Positions 12,370 through 23,953 of a stretch of DNA of 64,000 bases are shown here, one piece after another. The position numbers were made by a program, and so were the translations under genes. This DNA comes from Amoebophrya sp. A120 (lineage: Eukaryota > Protista > Dinoflagellata). The notes beneath the pieces were generated by a model. That model was not told where the DNA came from, did no database searches, and saw nothing but the letters and a program-made list of their open reading frames with translations. How positions within the stretch are numbered: the stretch's first letter is position 1; each line of letters opens with the position of its first letter. The DNA lies in assembly GCA_905178155.1 (NCBI GenBank), contig CAJINV010000022.1, forward strand, positions 372,001 to 436,000. The letters run 5' to 3'.

Positions 12370-12559
12370 GGTAGGATGATTCGTTTGGTAGGGTTGCATT
12401 TTGGTTTTCTGTTTATGGAGACCGTAAAATGAAGGTTTTTTTTGCATCAGCACCAAGTAATATGAAGAAGTTGTCACTCGGCAAGAAAAGTTGCTGGTGA
12501 CACAACATCCAAACTCTTGCCGCAAGAAAGAAGGAGCGGCAGCAGCTCCCGCTGACAAT

Positions 12560-15411
12560 ATGAACTTCCTCAGGAGAAAACAACAATGTACATCGGTCAG
12601 CCGAGTTTTGCTGGATTTCAATCCGCAAATAAAGTAAGGAGGATCTTCAGGACAGATAGAAGGAATCCTCGTAAAATAGAAGCCCGTCTACTTCTCCGTC
12701 GTGTTGATCATCTGCAGGACCCCTTGCCCTACCTGAATGACAATGAGGAACTTCTATATCATGAGAAGTTTGACCCTTGAAGAATAAACATCAACTCATC
12801 GGACTTAGAATTCTCTCCTCCTCCACAAAACAGCGAAGTGAAACCGGAAACACCACTCTCCCCACGGCTCCTCGTATCCAAGGAAGAAAGTGTTACAGTT
12901 ACACATTTGATGTTGGAATTTCAGCATCACAAATTTGCTCTGCATGGCGAAGAAAACATGTAATGCGCAGACTACAAGGGAAAACACGAGTGGAATGAGG
13001 CTGGCACGCGTTTCTTGCATGACAGAGGTTGTCTGTCTTGCTTGTCTTGCATGAGAGTGTGTAACTGAAGCACTTTTTTCTCACGATACCTCGAGCGCGA
13101 AGCGAACTGGGACGTACGGCACCACGCGGTCGTGAAGAACGAGGGATTTCTATCCTTTGTAAAAACATTCCCAACGCATAGTAAAGTTACTAGTTGGTAA
13201 ATCTGCAAGACAAATCTCTAAGCTAAGGGAGTTGCGCATGACAAGTTTCCGTCTGCAGTGTAGTGCTGGTTAACAAAGGCAGCGGCATAAGAAAGCCACT
13301 TTCTGATCCTATTTAGCGCAATACAAATGTTGCCAAAACACGATCATTGGAAATGCCTGTCATCATGATGCAGAGGCGCATTACAAACGTTGCTGTCATT
13401 GCGCATTTGCATGACAACTCTGGGTTGGGCACGTTTTTGCTCAGGATAATTTCACCAGTTCGAACGCAGTTACTTCGGTCGAATCCGGGACTTTGACCAT
13501 GGCTTCGACCCCGATGAACCAGTATCGACGCTCTTGCAGGATGAAATGCGATACGACCTGGACCAAGCCTTGCTCGCTCTCGAAAACCGAGCGGACAACC
13601 GGCTGAACAGAGGCACGGGGAATTCTCGGTCGATGAACCAACTCGCTTTGGCAGATCAGGAACATCAAAATAACTCTGCGACAGTGGACGATAGTGCGAA
13701 AGAAGCTGTGGAGAAGATTTTGTTGGTAAACAACGCAGAAAACAACGAGATGAACAAGTCCTCCAGTTCTTCTCTAGCAAAAAACATCAAAACCCTCCAG
13801 CAAGAGAAGGAGGAACTCGATCGGCAAGAGTCGGAGGCGCGGCAGGAACGGCTGAAGAAGGATTTTAAGATGCCCGTGAAGGAGAGGAGAAAGTTGGAAG
13901 CGATGGAAAAGGACTACCAGAAGCAGCTGCTGAAAACGAATTTAGCGAAGATCAAAGTCGGGTTTGAGAAGGAAAAGCGAAACTGGAAACCGCCGAAGGG
14001 GGGATTGGATTTACACTTGGAGCTGTTGGAAAAACACGGATATCCTGTGCAAAAGTATCGTACTCGTACAAAGACAAATGCAAGTCTTGCATTACATACA
14101 AATCTTATTATTTCCAAGGCAAATCTGCATTACAAATTTTATTTCTCATGCTGAGGACGAAATTTGTAATGCATTTATACGAATACGATACTTTTGCAAT
14201 GCATAACGGAGGCGCGATGCTTGGCGGCACCAGGTACGGTGGCAGGGGCGGGAAGGGATCCAACCTCCACTTCATGCTGGATGTATCCGGTGCAAAAGTA
14301 TCGTACTCGTATTGCAATCATGCATTACAAATTTTTTTCTCAAGGCAAAACAGCATTACAAATTTTATTTCTCATGCTGAGGGAATTTGTCATGCATTTA
14401 TACGAATACGATACTTTTGCAGTTCATAGGATGACCCGTTAGGCGATACGACGAGTCTCGACATGGGAGCCAACGCGAAGAGGGCGATGCTTGCGAAAAA
14501 CAACGGGTTGAGTACGACAAAACGTAGGAGCGGATCGCTCAGTGGAACGAGGAACAAGCGGTATATCTCGCGTTTTGTCATGCAGATTAGGCATAATGAG
14601 ATTGTGATTATCATGTCAACATTGCAAAATGTTTCTTGTTTTAGCCTGTAATCATGTTGTGTTTATTTTAACCACTCTACATCTACAGAGCCATCCTTTC
14701 CCCGCGCAGCGCAAACGGCGCGCCACAGCTCCAGAATGTGCCGGCGGTGGCAAGACTGTCCTACCAGCGCCAACCGTCCTCTCCACGGACTATCCAGAGA
14801 TTGGAGGACCGGCCCGGCTGGGACAACAATTTCCAAGTATGCATTGCAAATATGTCTGGGTCCGGAAGATCCCAAGACTTGTAATGCTGAACGCGGTATA
14901 CTCGTGAATCCTGTAATGCATGGCGCGGAATAGCACTGCGTCCCTCTGATGCAACACGCACTACAGGAGCGCTAAAATTAAAACTTGTCATGCGTGGCTT
15001 CGTATGTGCATTCAGTTTGTCATTCATGTATTAGCATGAGAAGTTTCCAGACCAACCAGACATGTTTGCATTTGATACCAAGTGCTGCTCGACAACGAGA
15101 AAGCTGCGGCTGGGAACCGAAACTACTTCGATCGGAAAGTGGAGAAAAAATCCAACTACGTGGAGAGCAGATACGCATTGCAAAAGGATCGCCACTGTAG
15201 TAGAAATTGCATGACAAGTTTGAGTGGCAAGAAGAAAAATAGGATTTGTGATGCTGATTCATGTTGCCAAAGAGGTTTCTCATGCGTGATTGCAATGAAC
15301 AATTCCTACAACTGCGATCCTTTTGCAGATGATAGCAGGAATTTCGCGCGGATTTCCGATCGACCGGTCGTCACAGGAGTGCTCGGCGTCAGTGTGGATT
15401 TGGACATATGA
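12560..15411 (+). CDS. Hypothetical coiled-coil protein (~420 aa) with two W-D...N...R-x-Y-F motifs; 5' end uncertain
   Basis: Six TIR elements (12875, 13151, 14041, 14284, 14838, 15172) plus putative GT-AG introns 12634-12833 and 14561-14688 give one frame containing NWDVRHHAVVKNEGFHQFERSYFGR and GWDNNFQVLLDNEKAAAGNRNYFDR, stop at 15411. Confidence 0.6.
12875..13088. mobile_element. Introner family D
   Basis: AAGTGTTACAGTTACAC...GTGTAACTGAAGCACTT; TSD CCTCG. Confidence 0.9.
13151..13448. mobile_element. Introner family F
   Basis: TATCCTTTGTAAAAAC...GTTTTTGCTCAGGATA; TSD ATTTC. Confidence 0.9.
14041..14205. mobile_element. Introner family A
   Basis: TIR core TGCAAAAGTATCGTA; TSD ACGGA. Confidence 0.9.
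14284..14428. mobile_element. Introner family A
   Basis: TIR core TGCAAAAGTATCGTA; TSD GGATG. Confidence 0.9.
14838..15077. mobile_element. Introner family B
   Basis: TIR core TGCAAATATGTCTGG; TSD CCAAG. Confidence 0.9.
15172..15334. mobile_element. Introner family A (TAC start)
   Basis: TGCAAAAGGATCGC...GCGATCCTTTTGCA; TSD GCAGA/GCAGG. Confidence 0.85.
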
Positions 15412-16703
15412 AGAAGATGATGACTTCTCGCTCTTCACCGTGGAGGTCATGACCTGTTCTTGTACAACTGCAAGATTTGTTACCTGTAGACCTTCTTTCG
15501 ATATCACTGTACAATTTTTCGACAACTCTTATCACTACACATCAAACCGAAACAAATAGCACAAAGGCGAACGCTATCAAACTGATCACCTACTTGAAAG
15601 AAACATACGTGCTGACTTTGATTTTTGCACTCGTTTTCTACTTCGAATTTCCTGTACAGGGCTTGAAAATTGCATATTTTTCGCCGTATTCTTGTACAAA
15701 ATTGAAATTGATGTGTGATGCAGCAGCTACAACCATCCCTAAGTACCCTTTTTACACTTCTGCCCTGTACATATATCAACCACCTTCTTCGCCGCACGGT
15801 AAAGAACCCTTGCCGTACTCGCCTCTGAATTTTCACTGTACATTGGTCTCTGTATGTTTTGCGTTGCCCTTGACCTAGCGGAGTTGTAGTACAACCACGT
15901 AACGTAAACTCACCTGAATCTGCTCACATCACTGGTGTTGGAGAACAAAATGTAGTATACCTACATGTATAAAATGTTTCAAGATCCTTATACGTGCTCA
16001 GAATAAGCGCTAGTGTGCGTGTGGGCATCACGTTTATTTTCGGGAGAGATTCAGTAGATCGTCGTCTCTTACGCGGCTCACTTCTACCTTGCTTAATCGT
16101 CTTCGAGCTCGATCTTCGTATGAAAATATCGCGAAAATGTTGACTATTACTCGAGCTTGTGGGTTAGTCAAGATCCAATTCACCCTGCGTGGGTACCGGG
16201 GAAGTCCTTAAAATGAAAGTCGCATGGCACTACATCAAAAACTTCATGGAGGTCGTCCTTTGCTTGTACTCGTTATCGTGATCATGGGGTAAAATTTGCT
16301 TATCGTGCTGCAGTCTCTATTCTAGATCTAGAAAAAGTTCAAGTTGTCGCATCAACTACGAAGTCTTTTAAGAGTACCTGTTGCTCCAAAAGAAAAAATT
16401 AAGAACTTCATCTCCCGGTAAAGATTTCTCGTATGTGGGGGGACCACCTGGTGTTGAATCCACTACAATTTCTTTTTGGAAATCATTCTCCGGAACAAAG
16501 CTGCAGTTTTTTATTTCAAGGGGAGACAGAAGGACACCAGCGAGTGCGACGGGGGGTGTCCGTTTTCCTGGCACGAAGCAAAGGACCACTGTGCCTGTTC
16601 TACCTGCAAGTTAATACTCCTGCCGCGGTATTTCCTTTTGAAGACGTAAGTCAAAGAATTAGAATCTTAATTTGCAAAATCTAAATCACCCAGCACAAAA
16701 AAA

Positions 16704-17800
16704 ATGTCGACCTTTGACTACTATGCCCGCATGAATGGGCCGGCAACCCGGAACATGATATGGGTATTACAATGAAAAATGCCCCCACCCCGGAAGTTGC
16801 ACGAGTTTCCCATGCAAAGTTTCCAAGTGAATGCTTTTTGTCTTGCATGAAAGGACTGCGAGCCACCTTTCTGATGCAGTATTAAGGTGCGCAAGGTACG
16901 TTCTGCAAAACAGATCCGGCTGTTGTTGGGCTCCTTTGCAACACAGACTTGAGCTATTCAGCATGGAAGATTTGTGATGCCGATATATACAAGACGGGGA
17001 ATGTTTTTATTGGAAAGGTTGGCAATACAAATGTTGCCAAATCTTGGTGTGGGGACAGTTTTCTTTGTAATAATGGGCCGAGGTAGTACACATGGAGACG
17101 AAGGACCACCTATGCACTCTGCAAAAGTATCTTACTCATATTCAGTTACTAAAATCGCTGTCATGCATCTTCACAGATTTGCTTTGCTTTCTTCATTACT
17201 TACTTGGCTATGCATGACAAACTCGAAATGCGAAGATTTCTACGCGTAAACGAAATTCGTCATGCGAATATTTCTACGCGTACGACTACGATGCTTTTGC
17301 AATTGCATACCACCTGTACCACTGCAACAACTCGAAACTGGATATGGCACTCTCAACTGTTACATTCTCAACTGTTACACGAATTTGTGATGCAAGAATG
17401 GCAATAGTCAAAGGGGCAAGCTTGCTGCTTTCGCATCACAGATGTGGCTCAGATTTAGATGGTGTTTAGCCTCTCGGAGATTTGTCATGCGAAGCAGCTT
17501 GACCATCTGGCGTTTTAAAGTAGTCTTGCATGACAAATTCATGTAACAGCTGAGAATGTAACGTTTGAGAGCTCCATATTGGATGACTTTCAATCGATCG
17601 AGGGCTGCGAAGTAGGCGTGAAGGATTTCTACAAGCCGACCCTAGCGTGGATAAAAAACAAGTACTTGATCTTACATCTTTCTACCACTAACTCACGTCG
17701 AACTGCATATTACTGTACGTTGTTCCGCATGAAGATCATGAGTGCGACGTTCTACACGCGACACGACCCTGCTCGTCGCCTAATTAGCAATATGCTGTAG
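16704..17800 (+). CDS. Small hypothetical protein; exons 16704-16764, 17078-17110, 17315-17342, 17584 onward; 3' end uncertain (17800, or 18013 via a GT-AG intron 17662-17847)
   Basis: AAAAATG start; removing three elements gives MSTFDYYARMNGPATRNMIWAEVVHMETKDHLYHCNNSKLDDFQSIEGCEVGVKDFYKPTLAWIKNK. Confidence 0.6.
16765..17072. mobile_element. Introner family I
   Basis: TATTACAATGAAAAATGCCCCCAC...GTGGGGACAGTTTTCTTTGTAATA; TSD ATGGG. Confidence 0.9.
17111..17309. mobile_element. Introner family A
   Basis: TGCAAAAGTATC...GATGCTTTTGCA; TSD CCACC. Confidence 0.85.
17343..17578. mobile_element. Introner family C
   Basis: CTCTCAACTGTTACATTCTCAACTGTTACA TIR; TSD CTGGA/TTGGA. Confidence 0.9.
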
Positions 17801-19450
17801 CTGTTTCTTCATTGCAATAATAATACACAAAATGAAACTATCCAAAGGTATTACCAGGCTGCGGGCCAACCAACCGAGATGGTGAAGATGGCGAGGGTGA
17901 ACAGTTACGATGGAAAGGACCGAGTTTTGTTTGTCATGCATTTTCATCATCATCTCAAAGCCAAAGCCTCCATACATTTGCCATGCCCTGGCAGCTGCAC
18001 CATCGTGGCCTGAACAGTGCCAAAGCTCCCGATCATGCAGGAGCAGCAGCAAGAGAAAATATGCACACAACAAACCTCCTTTTCATCTTGTCCATAAAAA
18101 AATAAATCCCTTCAAGCAACTCGCAGAGGCGCAATCATCTCAAGCAAGAACGGCAGCACAGGCACCTGGTGCGATGAAGCACAGCAGCAGTGCAGTGAAC
18201 CTGTATAGTCCTTCTATGCTGATATTGTTTGTATTTGTGATCTTGATGATCTTGTTCTGCATGATTGAGACCCGATTTTTGTCTTGTAAATGATAAAGTC
18301 AGTCTGATGTTGTCCATGACAAACAGAATTCACTATGACCACAAAAAGAATTCGCTACAAATACAATCAAGAAAAACATCAAAAAACAGCGGTACGCCGA
18401 TGCCATCTGCGAGAAGTGCCAGAAGTAACGCCTATCCTACGTAAAATCATCACACCAAAAAAACGCAACGTGTCGCTGTCGACACGGTCATGCGCATAGG
18501 AGTAAGCCAAAGTCTGCTCCATTCTTTGTACGGTAATGGATGCTGTGTGTACTTACTTAACTTCTACAGAGCAAGCGCGAAAATAAATCAACGGTGTTGG
18601 TGGTTTTCCATAGGATACCGCCTCAAGAAGCGCGAGAAGCGGTGCTAGTAGCGCACGGATTATGGCGCGAACAGAGTCGGTGCCGACCCTGAAAATGCCG
18701 ATCAAGGGAAAGTGAGAGTGACGATGGAATAGTAAACTGGTTTGACTGTGTATGTACAAAATTTCTCCAGATCTTACTTTACGTGTGCTGGACAACAATA
18801 TCGCCAAATTGTGAGGAAGATGAACTTCACCAACAAACTCAAAAAATGATTTCGATCACGATTTCATTCGCCCATTTACATTTCCACTTTTACAAAATTT
18901 CAAACGCACGTAATCTTTGAACTACTAAAACTGTCAATTACACTTGCGCATCAAAAGTACTGTCTGAGGCAGTAACTCTAGTGCTATGATTCACCTTACA
19001 CTTACAACATCACGCGCCTGCTTCTACAGCCCTGTAATGGAGGGCGGGTTGTGCTAGTTGTTGACAAGAAGAACTAAACACTTTCCACTGCATGCAAATG
19101 TTGGACTTGATGGTACAAATGCGGTTGAAGTTGATGCCCTCTCCTCTTGTAAACTAAGGCATCAGCATGATTGATCTAAAAACAAAAAAAATTGTCCCTG
19201 ACGGTAGTGGTTCGCCTTTGTAGGATTGGCAGAAATGCGATGAGACGAAGATCATGATGATCAAAGTGGTTCATGCTGGCTGTCGCGAATACTACAAATT
19301 GTCTTGATCATTCGCCTATCGGATTCGAAAAGTCGGCGCAACATCAAGAAAGCCGAAATCAATACAGTCGGAAACATCAAACCTCTTGAAAATAGTTCTC
19401 GACGATTTGTCACAAGCTGTACTATCTATTCGTTGTTGAAACAAATGACC

Positions 19451-19626
19451 AAAAACCTCACTCCAGCCGCGCGAGTGACAAGTTGTTACTGCGAAGCATC
19501 ATCTTCAATGTATAATCACGCGAAACAAATTTGTAACGAAAAACCTCACTCCAGCCGCGCGAGTGACAAGTTGTTACTGCGAAGCATCATCTTCAATGTA
19601 TAATCACGCGAAACAAATTTGTAACG
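19451..19626. repeat. Perfect 88-bp tandem duplication (intergenic)
   Basis: AAAAACCTCACTCCAGCC...AAATTTGTAACG at 19451-19538 and 19539-19626. Confidence 0.9.
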
Positions 19627-19866
19627 CTATACAAATTCAACGACTCCGAAAGTAGAGGCAAATGTAAGAAAAAAAAACTGCAAGTCACCAAGTGCAAGTA
19701 GTATTAAATTCAAAAACAAACCGCCTTGTTGTGTTTTCTTACTGTTATCAGTTCACAATAAGTCGTGTAGGATAGGAAACAGTGCATTCGAGTACAGCTA
19801 CAGATTTGTAATTTCTATTTGAGAGTATTTGTTTTTGTGTTTTACTGCGTTTTTTCCTATTCCAAA

Positions 19867-22708
19867 ATGGTGCAGCAACATCTCGCTCTGCGTGGACTCC
19901 GCGCTTTCGCGTATGCAACAGCGTTGCTGTTTGGTAATGTCAATGTGATGTTTTTCCGGGTGGATAATTATGGGGATCACCTTCATCACGCTGGGTTTCT
20001 TGTACGCGCAGCTCCTGCGTCGTCTGGAGGACTTCTCACTCGGCTTTTCGGAAATGGATCTCGTCGTCCCAGTCTTTTCAGCCGGCGTGGGGGCCACGAC
20101 GTCAATGCTCGTCATTTTTCAGGAAGAGCAGCTACCACTGCTGCAAGAACTTCTAGTTCAGCAGGCGTCGTGGCTACACGGGGACCAGCGCCACTAGCCA
20201 ACGACGGCACTGGAACTTCTACCGAAGCTGTTGGACGAGGACCAGCTGGATCTTCTTCTACTCCTGCTCCTTCTCCACCACCGCAGCCGGGCCGGTCGGA
20301 GAGGAGGACCGCTTCTCCCGCCGGTGACCAAGACATCGTTCTGGACTTTGATCACCTCGCCCGACGAGCTAAGGAACAACAGGAAGAAGACCGCGTCAGC
20401 TCGTTTCGCCCACCGGAGCAGGGAAAAGAACATGGACAAGGAGGTGTTCATTATGATGCGGCATCTGTAACCCCACAAGACAAACGCACACACCGGCTGG
20501 CTATCCATAGTGATGAACAAAATCCTGCCGTCACCTCCACCGGGTACCTCAGTTACCTGGAAACGCTCGGACACGTTCTTCTGCCCAGGGCCACCGCCTT
20601 TCTGCAACGGGAACTTGCGAAGTACGCCGGTTCTTGTACAGGAACTAGCGGGACGAGGACGAACAACTTGACGAGAAGCGAGCCGGTGTCTTGCGTGGAG
20701 CGGCTGCAAATCCCGGGCCAGTGCAGCCAGGCTTGCGGAACTCTTTGCAGAGACGGTGACCGTCGCGACGAGCGTGGGCGGGCCACGAGCACCAGCTGCA
20801 CGACTCGTGTGTGCCGGGAATGTTGGGGAGACTACATTGCAGACCGGACAGCCTTGCTAGCATACGCGCTAAACATAAGCGAAGCGCTGCGGGTTAGACT
20901 CGGAGGGCTGGATGAGATTTACGAAGGGATTACAAAACCGGATGAAAAATATAAGACTGTCAGACTCGAGAAGAAGTTGAACGAAAAGAAGACCACTGAC
21001 CCACCTAGCGGATCAACTTCGACAGCCTCCGCACCAAGAACCGAAAAAAGTCCCGTCGAAATTTATGGAATCATCAGGATCGAAAGTAGCGCACCAGTTG
21101 AAAGAATTTACTGTGCATAAAAAAATGCAAGGTCTGAAGTGCCTGTCTTGCAGGAATGGCAAGTGAGGCTGATTGTGAGCCTAATATTTCAGGTTCGCGA
21201 TGCAGCTGCTAAAGTGCTTAGCATGACAGAAGCAGTCCTCCTCCTCTGCTCGTCCCAAAAACAGCATAACAGATTCGGTGTCATTGCTGCCAAAATTTGT
21301 CGTGCGCCACTTAGATGAAACTGGCGTCCGACTGATATCCATTGTTCCATGCATGGTAGAGTTTTATTTCAACTTGGTCCATTTCGCTTCTGACGCTTCC
21401 ATAGAAAGCAAAAGCTGCAGGAAATAATGCAAAACTTCCTGGTTACCCAGCAGCCGCGGATCGATTATGTCATGGCGCACATCATATGGATCTGTCAGGA
21501 TTGAAATCGTCAAAGTTGAAATGATTTGCCATGCATAAAATGCAAGGCATGAATTGCCTGTCTTGCCGGGTTGGCAAGTGAGGCAGATTGTGAGCCTATT
21601 TAGGGTTTGGGATAGAGCTGCTAAAGCTGCATGACAAAAGCAGTCTTCTGTGCCCAAACAGCATGACAAATTGGATTCCGGTGCTCCGAAAATTTGTCAT
21701 GCGCCGCTTGGAAATTGGTCTTCCAACTGGTATCCATTTTATGCATGACAAATCATTTCAACTTTGTCGATTTCAAACCTGACGCTTCCATACATCATTC
21801 AGGCACTCTACATTCTGAGCCTAGTGCCGTTGTATCCAATACAAATCGAATATGCCTGGACCATTTCTGGAAGTAGAAATGAAGTGCCCCTATCGTTATG
21901 CATCGTTTAGTCCTCACACAAATCCAATCACGTGGAATTATGCGAATACACCAAGCTACAAAGCTGAGCTTTGTGTGGTCTTCCGGAAGTTGTAGATGAA
22001 CTTAGCATGATCACAGGTTCGCATTTTTCGTCCACTTCTTCCACCAGGCCCAGACATTTAATTTGCAATGCATATGTTGAATGGCAGAAGACCAAGAACC
22101 TCTACGAGATCTGCCATAATTCGTGCGGTCCGTCCGGTACCGACGCTGGAAGAGCATATGCACTAGAAAAGCATCGTACTCGTATTGCAATAAAGCAGTA
22201 CAAATCTTTTTCTTAAGGTAAACCAGCATTACAAATTTTATTTCTCATGCTGAGGAAATGCATTTATACGAGTGCGATACTTTTGCAATGCATAGAGCAA
22301 CAAGAAGAGCTGTTTCAATCTCTCAACCGTCGGGCCGCGCCGGAAGGCCTTAGGCTCGCCTGGGAACTCTTCACGGATTTGGACGAGATTCCGTATGCCG
22401 CTGCTTATTTCTACGACCGGGACTACAGCACAAACAATAGTTCTCCCCCCGGGCAGCTCTCTTCTGGCTCGCTTCGGGGGCCAAGCTTTCAGGCTCATTT
22501 GCTGAAACATCAGCATATCAAAAGCGCTGTTTTCGCCTCACGCGGTGCCGGTGTAGCTCCTGGGCAAGAAGAAGGAACAAGCCGGGCACGAAAAATTGCC
22601 CAGCTGGTCAATGCCAGGAAGGGCCGGTTGTTCACGCAAGAATCGTTGGAGAAGGCGATTGAAGACGGCGTGGCGGAGGTGGTGAGAAAGGTCAAGAACC
22701 TCTTGTAA
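19867..22708 (+). CDS. Hypothetical protein ~597 aa with N-terminal hydrophobic (signal-like) segment and a Cys cluster; exons 19867-21063, 21409-21484, 21798-21832, 22080-22156, 22300-22708
   Basis: CAAAATG start; removing four elements plus 5 nt each gives a 1794-nt open frame linking ORF 19819-21120 to ORF 22247-22708; Cys motifs CSQACGTLC and CTTRVCRECW. Confidence 0.7.
21064..21403. mobile_element. Introner family G (degenerate TSD)
   Basis: TATGGAATCATCAGG...CTGACGCTTCCATA; flanks AAATT/GAAAG; removing element plus 5 nt keeps frame. Confidence 0.8.
21485..21792. mobile_element. Introner family G
   Basis: GTCAGGATTGAAATCGTCAAAGTTGAAATGATTTG TIR; TSD CATCA. Confidence 0.9.
21833..22074. 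mobile_element. Introner family L (single copy here)
   Basis: TATCCAATACAAATCGAATATGCCTGGACC...GGCCCAGACATTTAATTTGCAATGCATA; TSD CGTTG/TGTTG. Confidence 0.75.
22157..22294. mobile_element. Introner family A
   Basis: AAAAGCATCGTACTCGTA TIR; TSD GAGCA. Confidence 0.9.
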
Positions 22709-23953
22709 AAAAAAGAAGTAGTGGTAATACTGTATTACCATTACGAGACCTCCGAGAAGTAGGAGGACGGGTAGCAGTACGAAAGTAAGTAGTGGACTGT
22801 TGCTGTATGATAATTTTTCTGCAGAAGAACGAAAGGCAAATGAAAGCTATGCAAATGTAAATGAAAGTGCAGTAGTGAAAGGGCAAAGAACGCGCGTCCC
22901 TGCCCTGTTGAACGATATCATTGTATGCCATGCTCCTGGCAACCAGGCAGCAGCATGATCCGCTACAGGGCAGGATGCGCGATGTGAAGCTGCAGTCAGC
23001 TCTCAGCCCAAGCTGCAGTCAGCACTCCGCTGAAGCTGCTTCGTATCCAAACACCGTTGTAAGATCAAGCAGCGCGACGCTTGCAGCGAGAAACGCATCG
23101 GTATTGCCATCTTCAGGAACAAGGAACAGAGATTGCCGGAGCGACGTTTCACCGCCCCGCCCAAGGGGTCGCACAGGCTCCTCCCGGCTCCAACTTTCAC
23201 CTCTTGAGATGTTCGTATGGTCCGGCACAGATCAAGGAGACCGAGGGTCGCGCTGCACTCTCGCTCGTTCGTCTCCAATCGATGTTTGAGTGGATGTGGA
23301 TCAGATGAGAAAAGCCATCAAATAAACTATTCTCGGTGTCTGTGTTTTTTTGGCCGTCAGTTCTTTCAGGAGTATTTTTTTTCGTGTGAAAATGAAACTG
23401 CTCCTCCTGCTGCAAGTCTGTAGTTGTCATTTCTTCAAACCTTTGAAAGCAGCCCGTCATGGATCCTGCGTCATTGTGATCATGATGGTGATGCGCTTCT
23501 ACAACTACTAGCATCATTCATCTACTACTGTTTTTCGAGTTCAGTCTGTCACTATCGAAGCCTCCTTCCAGTAAAAAGAGAAGACTCGGTCTGGCGGTCC
23601 TGTTTTTATTGACTTCAACAGTTCTCCTTCGTTCCCTTCGATGTTGGGTCGGTCCAGGGACTGACGGAACTGTATCGGTAGAAGTCGGAGGCTCAGAAAC
23701 ATACTGCTACTAGTTGTCTCAGCATGCTGCAAATTATCCGACGGTGGACTCGCTTTATGAAAAATCTTTCTGACAAGGGGCAATGTTATGGTACGATTGC
23801 CTTATCTCGGAATGAATTGTCGCAGTGTCATCAGTCCCCATTGAAGCTCGTTGACAGCACTGCTCCTACGAAGTAAGCGTTCTCATCGTATTTTTAAATA
23901 AATGAGACGACCTGTTTGCGATTCTGTAAATTTATTTTGATTTTCGACTTGAA

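Noticed and set aside
12586-12874. ORF 12586-12780 is in frame with downstream exons across a single TGA (12778-12780), suggesting stop-codon readthrough or reassignment
   Set aside because: An ATG at 12560 with a GT-AG intron 12634-12833 gives the same downstream frame without readthrough, and other genes here end at ordinary stops with long stop-free frames.
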